This document shows, piece after piece, positions 26,546-38,858 of a DNA stretch of 64,000 nt (its first letter is position 1; each line of letters opens with the position of its first letter). The notes under the pieces are model-generated. The model saw nothing but the letters and a program-made list of their open reading frames with translations. It was not told the DNA's origin and searched no databases. The DNA comes from the human T2T-CHM13v2.0 reference genome, Homo sapiens, in assembly GCF_009914755.1 (NCBI RefSeq), contig NC_060935.1. One strand, given 5' to 3'. The translations under genes were made by a program, and so were the position numbers.

Positions 26546-28021
26546 CAGACAATTGAGACAGAACACAGACATGAATTTGAAAGTGGTTGGGGGAAATTGG
26601 GCAGATAGTATATGTATATTTCAGAGCTCATAGTCCAGAGTCACCTTAATAGTGCCCCTAAAGTCTTCACCATTTTACATGTGCATCTCCCAGGGAACTC
26701 TAGATCATTTCCATCTTTGTCCATAAGAATCAAAATCAACCAAGATAAACATGAAATGTATGATTAAACTAAGTTTGAATTAAACAAGCAGGAGAGAATA
26801 TTTTCAAGTCAGTCTTCATATTCAACTGTGTAGCTAATTTTATATATAAGTAACAGACTACAGAGATTATCTAAGGAGACATTTATTCAACAAATATTAC
26901 TGAGTGCCTACTCTGTGCCAACAGAGTGCTAGGCAATGAGGTTATGGAAGTGAATGATACTCACTGAAGGTCTCTGAGCCTCAGTTTCCTCACCTTAAAA
27001 TGAAGACTTTTAAAGTAACTACCCCATAGATTTCATATAATTGCTTAGAATAATGGTTGGTTTATAGTAAGTACTCAATAAACTTTAGCTTTGGTAAAGT
27101 GATGATAAAGAGGAGATGATGATTGTGGTGATAAAACAATTCAGCTACCATGTGGAACCCACAGTCTCACAGGAATGACAAACACATGAAAGGTATGTGT
27201 TCTACCACATGATAGGCACCATGAAAGAGAAGTCAAAAAGGAACAGCAGCGTAATGAGGAGAATAATTAGCTCTGTTTGGGGACAGCAAAAGAAAGTGGA
27301 ACCAATCATAACGGCTTCCCCACAGAAGAGACAAATCTGAAGCTTAAAGAATTAGTTGTTCTCTGCAAGCATTTTAACCCATGTCTTACTTAATGATCTC
27401 AATCCTATGTCTCATTCTTCCTGTAAGTAACTTTTCCATAAATGATGGTCTTAATACCTGGGCAATCTTATCAGGAGAAAGTCAGATATAGAGGTACACT
27501 CTAGAAGGTTACCTCCTGAACTAAAGTTTATTTATCTACTTCAATTTTTCGGAAAAGAATTTTAAAGCATTTTAATAAAGTATGTTAATGAGATTGAAGT
27601 CTGAATATATTTTAAAATTTAATTTTTTTAATAGCTCACCTATCAAAGGGGGATTATCTATCTAATTAATTTCATGTCAGCTATCACTGGTATCTTTCTG
27701 CTTTGACAAATGCATTCATTTTTAGGCAAAACATGTGTGCCAAGAAAATTACAGTGTCTGTCAAGCTTGGAGGAATCTGATGTACACACTTTGCTATGAA
27801 AATTATAGAATATGGAGTTTTAAGAATGTGGCCACAGTCCTAAGCTGGAATTGTAGATCTTCATGAAAAATTTTTTGAAAGTACCCTTTTAACCACTAGT
27901 ACTGAAAATCAAATTGATATTGAGGGCACCTCACTCCATGTTGCTCTGTCTCTTACTCGTGGAGTAGGGATTGCTTTAGCAGGCTTCATACCCCAGGAAT
28001 GAGCCTTTCTGTTACTACAGC

Positions 28022-28068
28022 AAAAAAAAAAAAAAAAAAAAAAAAACAAAAAACAAACTAAAAAAAAA
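28022..28068. repeat. Poly(A)/A-rich tract
   Basis: A25 followed by caaaaacaaactaaaaaaaaa; no adjacent recognisable Alu or L1 body. Confidence 0.95.
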
Positions 28069-28913
28069 CTTATTTCATCTTCATTAGGCATGGAAATCAT
28101 CATCCAGGTAGATCTCCCTTTTCCAGGAGTACAGATAGACTTATGAAGCTATGTAGGTTTTAATTAGCCCACAGTATCTTCACCCTTTCATTTGGACCTC
28201 CTCAGTAACTAAAGTTTGATCTCTCTCTTTTTTCATTTTTATGATGTAAAGCCATTATAAATCTACAGCAAATAAACTAGCAGGAGATTAATACCAATTG
28301 CAACAATATAACAACAGCAGACATAAAAAATACAGCTGGACTCTACCATAAACAGATGAAACTGAGCTACAAAGAGTGCTTCACTATTCAGTTCATAAAA
28401 GGCTGAATGCTGTCAGACCAGCCACAGGAGGACAATCAAACTGGCTTTCCTGGACAGGCACAGCAACTCATTGATCAACTCCGCCACTTCAGACAGAGTT
28501 AGCAAAGGGAAATAGATCTCTCTCCTTCCACTCCGGCAGTAGGAAACAAGGGAAGACAGGGAAAGTGAAGGGAGGAGGGCAGGATGTGTAGATGTGAAGT
28601 CAAGCAACCAGGCTTGGGGAAAACAACGGGGAAACCTCAGATGATCCTGCCCTGGAGATCTCAGCATAATCCACCATTCATTGAACATTGAACGATGCAG
28701 CACCCCCAAAGCCGATGTCAGAAGTGATGCAGCGTAGAGATGATGAAAATGAGGACCATATTTTTAAGCTGATAATCAAATATAAAACATATGTTCATGG
28801 GAAAATTTGAAAACTTACTGAAATTAGGATTGTTCCACAAAGTCTAGACACTATGGTTAGCAGACCTTTGAGATACACACACACATACGTATGTATAGTC
28901 ACACACACATATG

Positions 28914-29252
28914 TAATCATGTGTTGTATGACAATAGTCAATGACAGACTGCATGTACAATGGTGGTTCCATAAAAGTGCAACACTATATTTTTGCTGTA
29001 CTTTTTCTATGTTTAGAAATGTTTAGAAATACAAATACCACTGTGTTACAGTTGCCTACAGTATTCAGTAAGGTAACATGCTATAAAGATTTGTAGTCTA
29101 GGAGCAATAGGCTATATCATATAGCCTAGGTGTATAGTAGGCAATGTTGTCTAGGTTTGTGTATGTATACTCTGTGATGTTTGGACAAGAATGAAATTGC
29201 CTAATGACACATTTCTCAGAATATATCCCCATCATTAAGTGAGATATGACTG
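28914..29252 (+). mobile_element. Tigger3a (MER7A) TcMar DNA transposon relic
   Basis: 'ttacagttgcctacagtattcagta...ctaggagcaataggctatatcatatagcctaggtgtatagtagg'; terminal 'tatccccatcattaagtgagatatgactg'. Confidence 0.85.
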
Positions 29253-29269
29253 TGTATGTGTGTGTACCC

Positions 29270-29790
29270 TATTATGATGTGTTAAGTCTTTTTCTAGGTA
29301 TAAAAGACAGGCTTCACACAAAGTAGAATGAAAATGTTGCAAAATAGAGATGACCAATGTGTTTTGGTATTCGCTCAGGCAGGAAGCTTGAAGGAAGACA
29401 AGGCATTTAGGCTTGATCTTAAAAGCTAAGTAAGATTTGCATAGGCAAAGTAAGAGGCAATAGAATGCTACAAAAGAAGAGCATGAAAGATGACATGATG
29501 GTGGTAAAGGTGTAACGGTGTAAATGTGTATTAAGAGTAAAGGAGTAAAGCTAGAGTGTGAGTATGTAGAAGGGGAAAACAGAAAGGTAGGGTATGAACT
29601 TCATGGCGGGACTTGGACTTTATCCTTTAGCCTTTGGAAGCAATTCAAAGTTTATGCAAGAGGACGTGATGTGTTTTAGAATGATAGGTATACATAGGTC
29701 TGAAGGATCAACTATAAGAGAAAGACTGCAGTCAGTAAGATTTCTTAGGAAGTTATTTTAATATTCCTGAGAGAGGGACTAAAAGACAAA
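29270..29790 (-). mobile_element. L2 fragment
   Basis: 'gacttggactttatcctttagcctttggaagcaattcaaagtttatgcaagag' is an antisense L2 motif. Confidence 0.55.
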
Positions 29791-29842
29791 GCAGAATTAC
29801 CTACCTATTGGGTATGGAGTTTGGAGGAGAAGAAAGTTTTAG

Positions 29843-30010
29843 GTCTGTGCTTCTCCTATGTTGATATGCATATAAATCATTGTTCTGGTTAAAATGGATA
29901 TTCCAATTCAGTAGGTCTGGTGAGGCATAAGATTCTGTATTTCTAAGAAGCTCCCAGATGATGTCAATGCTGATGAATTGTATGTTCAACAACAAGATTT
30001 GAGACCACTC
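29843..30010 (-). mobile_element. MER5A-like hAT-Charlie MITE
   Basis: 'aattcagtaggtctgg...gattctgtatttctaagaagctcccagatgatgtcaatgctg'. Confidence 0.75.
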
Positions 30011-30530
30011 CAGGTATTTCCTTCTTGTGAAACTGGCTATGTGATGTTTCATTAAATGAGATAGGCTTGGATCAGGGGAAGATACTGACTGCCTCCACTA
30101 CTGGACACATTCATTGTGAGGCACACAAGTCAAGAGTTAGAAATTGGATTGCTCTTTTAGAAATGAGGCTAAAGCTGTACTTAAAGAATTGGAAATTACT
30201 AAAGGAGAGAATCAAGGCAAAATTTAAGTGGATAAGACTTCACAGAAAAAAAGGAATTAAAAAGAGTCAAAAATAGTATATTACCGAAGACCTGGAACAA
30301 AATGGGCACTTAATAATTACTTGTTGAAGGAACAAATGAATGTGCCCCTATTTAAAAGGCAAATAAAAAAAAAAAAAGGAGAACAATGGGTGACTGAGAA
30401 GGAGCAGTCAAGAAGGCCAAATGACAGCTGAGTCACAGAAGACATAAGAGAGAAGCCTTTTGCTGAATGCTGAATAGGGAATGCATACTGTGAGATGTCG
30501 CTGTGAGTTTGCATGGTCTTTCTAAGATGT

Positions 30531-30953
30531 TGTAGTGGGTGATGTGGCATGCCACCCAGATGCCCTCCAGGATTGAGAAAATCATTCTCCCAACTGCTGA
30601 GAGAGTTGGCTGCAATGAATCTCAGCCAAGTTCTTTTCCAGAAATGTGCCTTCCTCAAGAGCAGCCTCATTCAAATTCATGCTCCCTTTCCACAGGCAGC
30701 TCAAGTCCAATGACTGGCCCATGTGGGGATATAAAGGCTTAGTCCCTTGCCTCAAAGTATGATCCTGCTGAAGAGGCATCTCAGCTTAAGACAGTCCGTG
30801 AGATCAGCTGAGGTCCTGTTTATACTATTTAACAGTCCAATTCCTCCTTCTGCCCAGCCCTGCTGCCTTCATTCCTTCACAGGTGTTGTTTCTGGGAGAA
30901 CTCCCCAGTAAAATTCCATCTGAGTCTGTTTCCCGGAAATCTGACCTAAGACA
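30531..30953 (+). mobile_element. LTR16C-like ERVL solo LTR
   Basis: TG...CA termini; perfect 5-bp TSD GATGT (30526-30530 / 30954-30958); internal 'tccaatgactgg...ggatataaaggc' and end 'tgagtctgtttcccggaaatctgacctaagaca'. Confidence 0.85.
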
Positions 30954-31329
30954 GATGTTGACTTTATTCCTAGAGATTAAATTGCAAAAGCCATTCATAT
31001 TTGAGGCTGTGTCTCCCTAGGACCTTTTCTAAACTGAGATCGCACTTCTCTGCCTCAATCTTCTTTTGCTTTTTTGCTTCTGAAACTGTACTGGCAGGTA
31101 CTGCCACACCATCTGTGCATAACAGCCCAGCAAATTTTGGGGGCATCTGCTACAGTAAGGTCACATTCCCAGCTGTTGTGTCATGTCTTCAACATCTTCT
31201 TTGATTTCTCTCACTCCTTACTTTGCAGAGAGCAGTTCAAGGTAAAATCTCCCTGCTTGTTTGTTTCTATTATCCACCTGCTGTTGTAGAGAACTGACAT
31301 TATCTTATGTACTCTTTAAAATGGAAAGA

Positions 31330-31910
31330 CATGGAACTCACTAATTAAATTTGCAGATCAAGCTGAAATAAAAGTCATAGCAAAATCACTAAGGACAGGC
31401 ACGTTATGTAAAGTGGCTTCAGTGCTTAGAAATATAGTCAGGAAATGACCAAATGAGCTTTAGCAAGGAGACCTGAAAATTAATACATCTGGAGGAAAGG
31501 AACCTGAAACACAGCTATTTAAATTTCCAGGGAGAAAACTGGAAAGCAACAAGACCAGCAAGAAAAAAAAAGAATAAAAAGAACAGGAAGGTGATATTAG
31601 ACACTTCAACATAAGCTTATGGTGCAGTGAAACTGAATAAAAAACAGGGTGCATTTCTTGGCTGTATTTTAAGATGCGTTACTGCACATGGTTGCAAGGT
31701 GATCCCTATATGGAGCTGCCATGTGGTAGACCATGTTGGTTTTCAGGTGCTTGGGTAATAGCATGAAATAGACAAATTGGGAGCAATTGGAAGACAGCTA
31801 TAGAAATAATGAATAGGAGTGATTGAATTACAAGAAAAGGAGATAAATGGGTGTAGGTAATTTCCTCCAGTGCCAAGGGAGAGTGAAGATGAAGGTCAGC
31901 ATGGGAGCAA
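31330..31910 (+). mobile_element. CR1/L3-clade LINE ORF2 relic
   Basis: Manual translation gives SLIKFAD (CR1 RT motif LxKFADDTKL), then NISLWC, AFLGCI and DKLG, colinear with CR1 'NMSQQC..GILGCI..KLERVQRRA'. Confidence 0.6.
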
Positions 31911-32704
31911 CATTGCTCTAATGCAGAAAAGCCTGTGCTGGAGTGTTACCTGTCAAAATGGGATTAAGGCTGAGACAGGAAAGGGTAGTTTCAAAAAGTC
32001 GGCAAGTACTTCCAAATGCGCAGCCACTATGGCACAGTCATCAAAAAGGAGCTGTAAAAGAAACAGCACCACACTTGTAGACGAGTCTGTGAACACTGGG
32101 CTTCTTGGCATGAGTCTGAACCTGAGGCCAGCTTCAGCAGTGGACAAAGTTGCAGCTCCATTCCAGGCACAGAGTTGGTCAGTTCAGAAAACTGTTCTAA
32201 TTTCTCATCTTTAATTGATTCAAAATAAAAATAGATGAACAAGTAGAATGTGTGTCCAAAAATAGAGTTGATGTTCCACCAGCCTGTAAACTCATTAAGA
32301 GCTGAGCACTTGTCTTATTCATCTCTGTGTCTCAGGTGTCTGGTGCAACAAAACTGCTTATTAAATGTTTTCTGAATTAGTTAATGAGGGAAAACTGAGA
32401 AAAAAATATTCCTGCCGTGAAGTTCCGGGCCACATTTCTGGCAGACCACAGGCTCAGCACTTCTGGGGATCTTTGGAAACTTTCCCCAAAGGGCTTGCAT
32501 TCAAGAAAGAGATTTGTGCCTCACTGGCTGTCCTGGCCTCATAGTATCCTTTTTCAAGGGGAGAAAATCCCTCAGCATGGGGTCAGGCAGGCTCCCACAT
32601 TTAAAAATTGGATAGCTTCGTTTTTTCTAAAGTCCAAGTGTGAAACGGAAGAAGCTGACAGGAAGTGTTCATTAATATATTGAACAAATGTTAGGACTCT
32701 GTAT

Positions 32705-32925
32705 AGTTTAGCAGTTAAGAGCAGCTAAGAGCCAGATGGCCAGATTTCAAATTTTGGCTCTGCTACTTCCTAATTGGGTATATCCTTTGGCAAGTTATTT
32801 AACTTCCCTGTGCTTAGTTTCTTCATTTGTAAAACAAGGATAATAATAGTTCTTGATGAATGGAGTTGTACTGGGGATTAAAATAAATAATCTATGTAAA
32901 GCATTGAGAAGAATGCTGATCAGTA
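32705..32925 (+). mobile_element. MIR SINE
   Basis: 'ttggcaagttatttaacttccctgtgcttagtttcttcatttgtaaaacaaggataataatag'. Confidence 0.85.
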
Positions 32926-32932
32926 AATCTTT

Positions 32933-33044
32933 CATCTCTCTCTCTCTCCCCACTCTCTTTCTCTCTCTTGCTCTGTGTGTGTCTGTGTGTGTGTGTCTGT
33001 GTGTGTCTATGTGTATGCATGTGTGTGTGTATGTGTGTGTGTGT
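32933..33044. repeat. Compound (TC)n/(TG)n low-complexity microsatellite
   Basis: Directly visible. Confidence 0.9.
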
Positions 33045-33835
33045 AGCACTTATGGGCTAGGCATTCCTATACATTGCAGAGACAATGGTAGGAAATAAGA
33101 CTGGCAAGATATTTTCCTATATATGTCCTGCTCTCATAGATCTTCCCTTCTCATTAGAGAGTCAGACTCTAAGCAAAAAAGTAAGTAAATAAGGGCCATA
33201 ATTTCAGATGGAGATGAGTTCCATGAGAAAATAAAATGAAATGATGTACTAAAGAATGACTTGGGGAAGAACAAAGTGCTGCATTAGAGCGTCCAGAAAG
33301 AGATGCTTTCAAAAAGTCAGAGCTGAGAACTGAATGACCAGAAGGAACCAGCCATGTGAGAGCACAGAGAAGAAATAATACAATGCATAGATGTCACTTT
33401 AAGATGGAATAAGTTTGTCATTTTCAAGAAGGCAGAGTAATAAGTGCTTTGCGGACAAGACAGGGCAGAGGTAGATGAGCTCTAGGAGGTAGACAGGGAC
33501 AGATTATGTTGAGCTTTGTTGCCCAGGGCAATAGCTTTTAATCTAATTTTAATGCAGTGGGAAGCCATTGGAAACATTTGGGCGGAGAATGACATGATCT
33601 GACTTCAAATTTATAAAAGATCGTTTTGACTGGCTTCTGTGTAGAGACTCAACTACATGGTATTAGAGGAGAAACAAAGGGACCCATTGGAGGCAATTGG
33701 CTATTGCAGAATCCTGATGACAATTAATGCCACTTGGACTAGGGTTATAGCACTGAAGATGGAAAGAATGTGACGAGTTTAAGTTATGCATTAGAGTAAA
33801 ACCAGTCAGACTTCCTCATGGATTAGATGTGGAGG
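33045..33835 (-). mobile_element. L2 fragment
   Basis: 'ctgagaactgaatgaccagaaggaaccagccatgtgag', 'aatgcagtgggaagccattggaaacattt...gaatgacatgatctgactt'. Confidence 0.8.
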
Positions 33836-33946
33836 AAGTTGAATCTGTTAGTTTTTTCAGTGTCTGGCACTTGACTAAGCCTAGAAACAAAAAGTTTAAA
33901 AACAATAATTATATACAGAGCCTGCCTTTAAGTAGCTCTTTTGAGC

Positions 33947-34440
33947 TGTATTTTGTAGGGAACAGAATCCTACTCAGACTTCAAGGAATGGATTATCTAC
34001 AGAGGCATGAGCAACATTAGACAAGTCAGCAAAAATGGTGGAGAACATAGAAACTATCAAGAATCAAAAGCCACCACTACCTTAGGCTTAGAAAGGCAAG
34101 GCAAGGCAAGGAAATAGTACTAACAAAGCCCAGTGAACATGGGAATCTTGGAGAAGGGCTGCCCGGCAGGAGACGTATTCCCAGAGGGACATGCTCTGCC
34201 ACAGAATGTGTCCAGCATAGAAAAGAAGTGGGGAGTGAATACTTCTTCCTTGTCCCACCCTCCAATTTTTTACGACTGCCTTCCATAAGCTAAGCCTCAC
34301 TGGAATCCAGGCAGCAAAGGAGGTATGATCATCTGAGGTGTCAGCCCACTCAGCGTATAGGACAGGACAGAGAAAAGCAGAGGAGGAAGCTGGGTGAGTT
34401 GGGAGGGACAGGCAAATGGAAAATGAAAAGTATACAAGCA
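33947..34440 (-). mobile_element. LTR33-like ERVL LTR
   Basis: 'ggagaagggctgcccggcaggag...ctgccttccataagctaagcctcactggaatccaggcagcaaaggag...ggcaaatggaaaat'. Confidence 0.6.
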
Positions 34441-36864
34441 TGCAAAAGTATTACAGAAAAAAGAAAATGTCATTTGGAATCAAGTGCAAGACTAGCTTCA
34501 GGGTTTTCACACAGGCTTAGCTCAGAGACAGTGCCCAGTTCAAATTCTTCTATGCAAAAAACCTGAGAATACAACCCAATTTCCCATCTTCTCAAAGTAG
34601 TCACTACTCTCTCATTTCTTTCTCCCCCCACAACAGGGAGGAGGAAAAAACCATGGCTGCGGAGGTGATTTAATATCCTGTTGACTCTGAAGAAAAATAC
34701 ACTTCTTCATTATAAGAGTTTTATTGCCAATGACTAGAAGGAAATGTAAAGGGGACAACACAAGATGACTAACACAGGAAGTTATAAAACTCACAGCTCT
34801 AACTGTCATGGCCCTGGGCCCATGGTGCCTGAATCCCTCTGGGAGTATTAAATGGAAGGCCCCCTGGTACCTGAATTTTGTTTTAGTTTTCTCTCTCCAT
34901 CTCTGTGATTACACATAAAATCAGCCAAGCACCTGCTCCCCTCCAGCCTAGATAACACATACCTCCATGCTATAAAGGGACAATTTGACCAAGAGACACC
35001 CACCTCACCTGACCACAGAGCTGGAAAATCTACTATGTCAGACTTCCATGCAACCGCTGGTGGGAGAAAGTTTTCACGAGTCTCTCTGGGCCCTTATCCC
35101 TCTCCCCTGTATTCCCATCCTTATCCAAATCCACATTTCACCAAACTCCCTAACGCTAAGCAGCTGTTGAAGTTCAGATCACAGTCTCTGAGGAGCTCCT
35201 GGTTTCCCATGGAATGTGATTTGCCTCATCATCTTACAGCCTGCCTCCACTTTGCTTTCTTATCATTTCAGAGGCTTGGGATGCCTGTGTGCACAATAAA
35301 TCAATGGCATTTTAAGCTTTCCCTGTGGCCTCAATCACTATGCGCCTTGGTGCAGCTTGCTGTGCTGATCACGTTTATGACTTCACCTAAATTCTTAATG
35401 CTCTATCTCATTGCAAAGAAAGGGGATTATTTTTTATGAAAATGTAATTTTAGCTTAGCCACCAGACAATTTCCAATATGCTATGAAAAGAATAAAATAG
35501 CCCCCAAAAAGCCATATCTCCTAGAATTTACCCCTCCTATAATCTAGATTATAAACTCAATGGAGATACAGATCATATCTGAATTGAACATTACTGTACC
35601 CTAGACCCTATTGCTACATCTAGTGCACAATTTATGCTTGGTATTTGTTGATACTGAATAGCACATTGTTTTGCAAATGGAATTTTTTAATAACCACCTC
35701 TTCCTGTGCCACCCTAAGCATGCACATGTATATGCACGCACACACACATGCACTTTACCTTCATACACGCATGATGCTCTCAGTGATAAAGTCATGTGTA
35801 GCTCAAGGTGATCAAAAGAGGTATTTGTATAAGAAAGCAGAAACAGTTCTTTATAAAAACAAGACAACAAAGCTTACTGTTAGCAGTGGTCCCAGGAATG
35901 AGACCGCCCCGCATCCCTCACTGTCTCTATCTGTGCCCGTCCAGGGAGTCTGTTTTTAGAAAGCCCTTGTCTGTTTGCTTCCTCTCCACAATTCAAGAGA
36001 GAAACTCAGGTCTCTCTCTCTTCTTTTTTTTTTTTTTTTTAACCATTGCCTTTACTTCACCAAGTTTTCTATAGAGTAGAAATTTCCCCCTAGAGGAATA
36101 GAGGAATTCTGGACTTTTGCATTTATATTAGACATTCTGGAATAATCTTCAGTATTCCTTTGTTCAGTCTTCTTTGTCCATAAGCCTTTCCAGTGTCTCT
36201 CCCCCAGCACCATACAACAGCCTGCTTTGTGTTTCTTCTGCCTACCTCTTCCCCTAACTTCACCTCTTGTTTAGGTGCACATTTCTTTCAAAACTAGACC
36301 ATTAACTTCTTGAGGAAAGTCCTAAGTCTTTTCCTTTTTGTATTACCTCATACATATACTTTACCTCCAATCAGAAAAAAATTGTCTTCTCTTTGGTCTC
36401 ATAGCTGTTATTTCTTTCCAGCTTTGGTCTGTCAAAATTAATGTTATTTGGAAGAAGAATATAAAAATAGAAAAACAAAATAGTTGAGTCAAGCCCATGA
36501 AAGCAAAATGCTCTCTAAGAGGAACCACTTTCAGGGCTCTAGGCTAAATGCTATTTGAATCCTGTGAACTGGAATTCCTCTGAGAGATCTTCTCTGCCTT
36601 CCTCAGGCAGGCCAGTCTTGGCCGGACACCTCTGGTTTTGCCAAGAAAGCACAGTTCCTGTCTGCAAACAGCACAAGCATAGTAGGTCAGCAGACGGGCA
36701 GAGCTGGCTCAAATTTATTAAAAGCATCTTCATATTGTAGCTCAAGAATACACTGCTGTTTTTACCGGGTGATGAAGATATTTGGTGAGGTTTTTAAAAG
36801 AATAAAAGAATAGAAAAGATAAACCTTATGTTTCTATGTAGCTTAGGGTCAGAGCATTTCATAT

Positions 36865-37060
36865 TCATGCATCTAGCTGATTTTCACAATATCTCTGTGA
36901 AGCAGGCAGGGCAGTTATTATCCCCCTTTTATTGATGAGGACACTGAGGTTCAATATTTTAATTACTTGCCTAAGGCCACATCCAGCTCGTGATGTACCA
37001 TCTACCATCTGGATGGCAGCACTCAGTCTCCAAAATAGACCTCTTGACTCCTGGAGCCAA
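36865..37060 (-). mobile_element. MIR SINE
   Basis: 'ttattatcccccttttattgatgaggacactgaggttc...ttacttgcctaaggccacat'. Confidence 0.75.
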
Positions 37061-37247
37061 AACTACCACACAGGTTTCAAACTTTTAGGCAAGTGTTGAG
37101 GAAAGAAATGGGATTTTTGTAAAGAAAAAAAAAAGAAAAACTCTTCTTTCCAGGTAATGTAAGTTAGCAAGGAGAGTTGATATCATAGAAATAGCACTCC
37201 ATGGGAGAGAATATTAAGAAACTTCTTATTCTAAATTCCAAGGTTAG

Positions 37248-37564
<317 letters not shown>

Positions 37565-38507
37565 TGCATTGTCATTTATAACCAGAAGCATTTTCACCTG
37601 ATGGCTTCCAGTTTTCACCTGATCCCTGATTACTCTGTATAGACAAAAGCTGGCCTACAACAATGGAAAGCTGCTTGCAACATTAACTAAAGTGCAGGTG
37701 CCCACAGGAGAATACTCCTGTTCTACCCAGACCTCAGCAGTAGAGGCCAACTTACTCCTCTTTTGTCTTTAATGCTGTCATGGCATCATGCATCCGCTTC
37801 TACAAAGCCACTGGTAATTTATGCAGTTTCCGTATGTGAGATCTTGAAGGATTTCTAATGTAAACCTGAATATTTCCAGGCTCTGCTACTTAGAAATGTA
37901 AATTATTTACTCGTTCGCATTTGATCTGTTGTTATTATATCTTGTTTGTAACAATTGGGATTTCCTGTAAGAGAAGATTATACATCTTTCCTATGAAAAT
38001 ACATTTTAATAAAGCATAAACATTTTCAGTCTCCATTATTCATAGTTGTATAGGGAATACTTAAGATTCTCTTCACCAGAAAGTATCTATACAGAGATGT
38101 ATGCGTGTATTTTGTTGCCCAGAGGAATAACAAATGCAGGCCTCAGATTTGTATAGACATACAGGTTGCTAGGTCTGAGACTTTAGCCCTCTTCTTCAAA
38201 TTGTCTCAACCTTCTAGCATTTAGAAACAGTTGTTATGTGTGTGGATCTGAAATAAGGATGAAAAACTTCCTCATGGGGTCAGAAGTATGCTGTTTGCCA
38301 ATCTGAAAGGCAAAACAACTGGAAGTTACAAACAACTGATTCAGGTGATAAATTGTACAAAAATAAAATCAGGAAAATATTTTAGATTCAAAGAGTTGTA
38401 GAGAAGTTGCTGGAGGTTTGGGAGCATGGCCAGGACACCTTATATTAATATTTAAACTGATCTCTGAACATTAAGTCCATAAGAGAGTATATCTTAATAA
38501 TAATTCA

Positions 38508-38640
38508 GGCCAGGCACAGTGGCTCACACCTACATTCCCAACATTTTGGGAGGCCGAAGCAGGAGGATTGCTTGAGACCAGGAGTTTGAGAGCAACCTGG
38601 GGAACGTAGCGAGATTCCCATCTCTACAAAAATATTACAA
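38508..38640 (+). mobile_element. FLAM_C / free left Alu monomer
   Basis: Single monomer 'ggccaggcacagtggctcac...ggaggattgcttgagaccaggagtttgag...catctctacaaaaa' with no right arm. Confidence 0.85.
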
Positions 38641-38858
38641 ATAATATTTCAAAAGTCGAAGTATGTAGAGCAGCTGAGGATTTGAAATAAGCCATTTTGT
38701 GATTCTTTTGCCTTCATTCATTCAACTGTTTCTTTCTATGGAGAAAAGACAGGATAAACAAATACTTGGGCATAGGAAAGCCCAGAACAAGCATGCCTAA
38801 AAGGAAACCATTATATATGAATGAAAAGTTTGGTATATTGAGCAAGATGTGAAAGTCA

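Noticed and set aside
35035-35439. Longest ORF (134 aa)
   Set aside because: No recognisable domain or coding-like composition; a length expected by chance in 64 kb.
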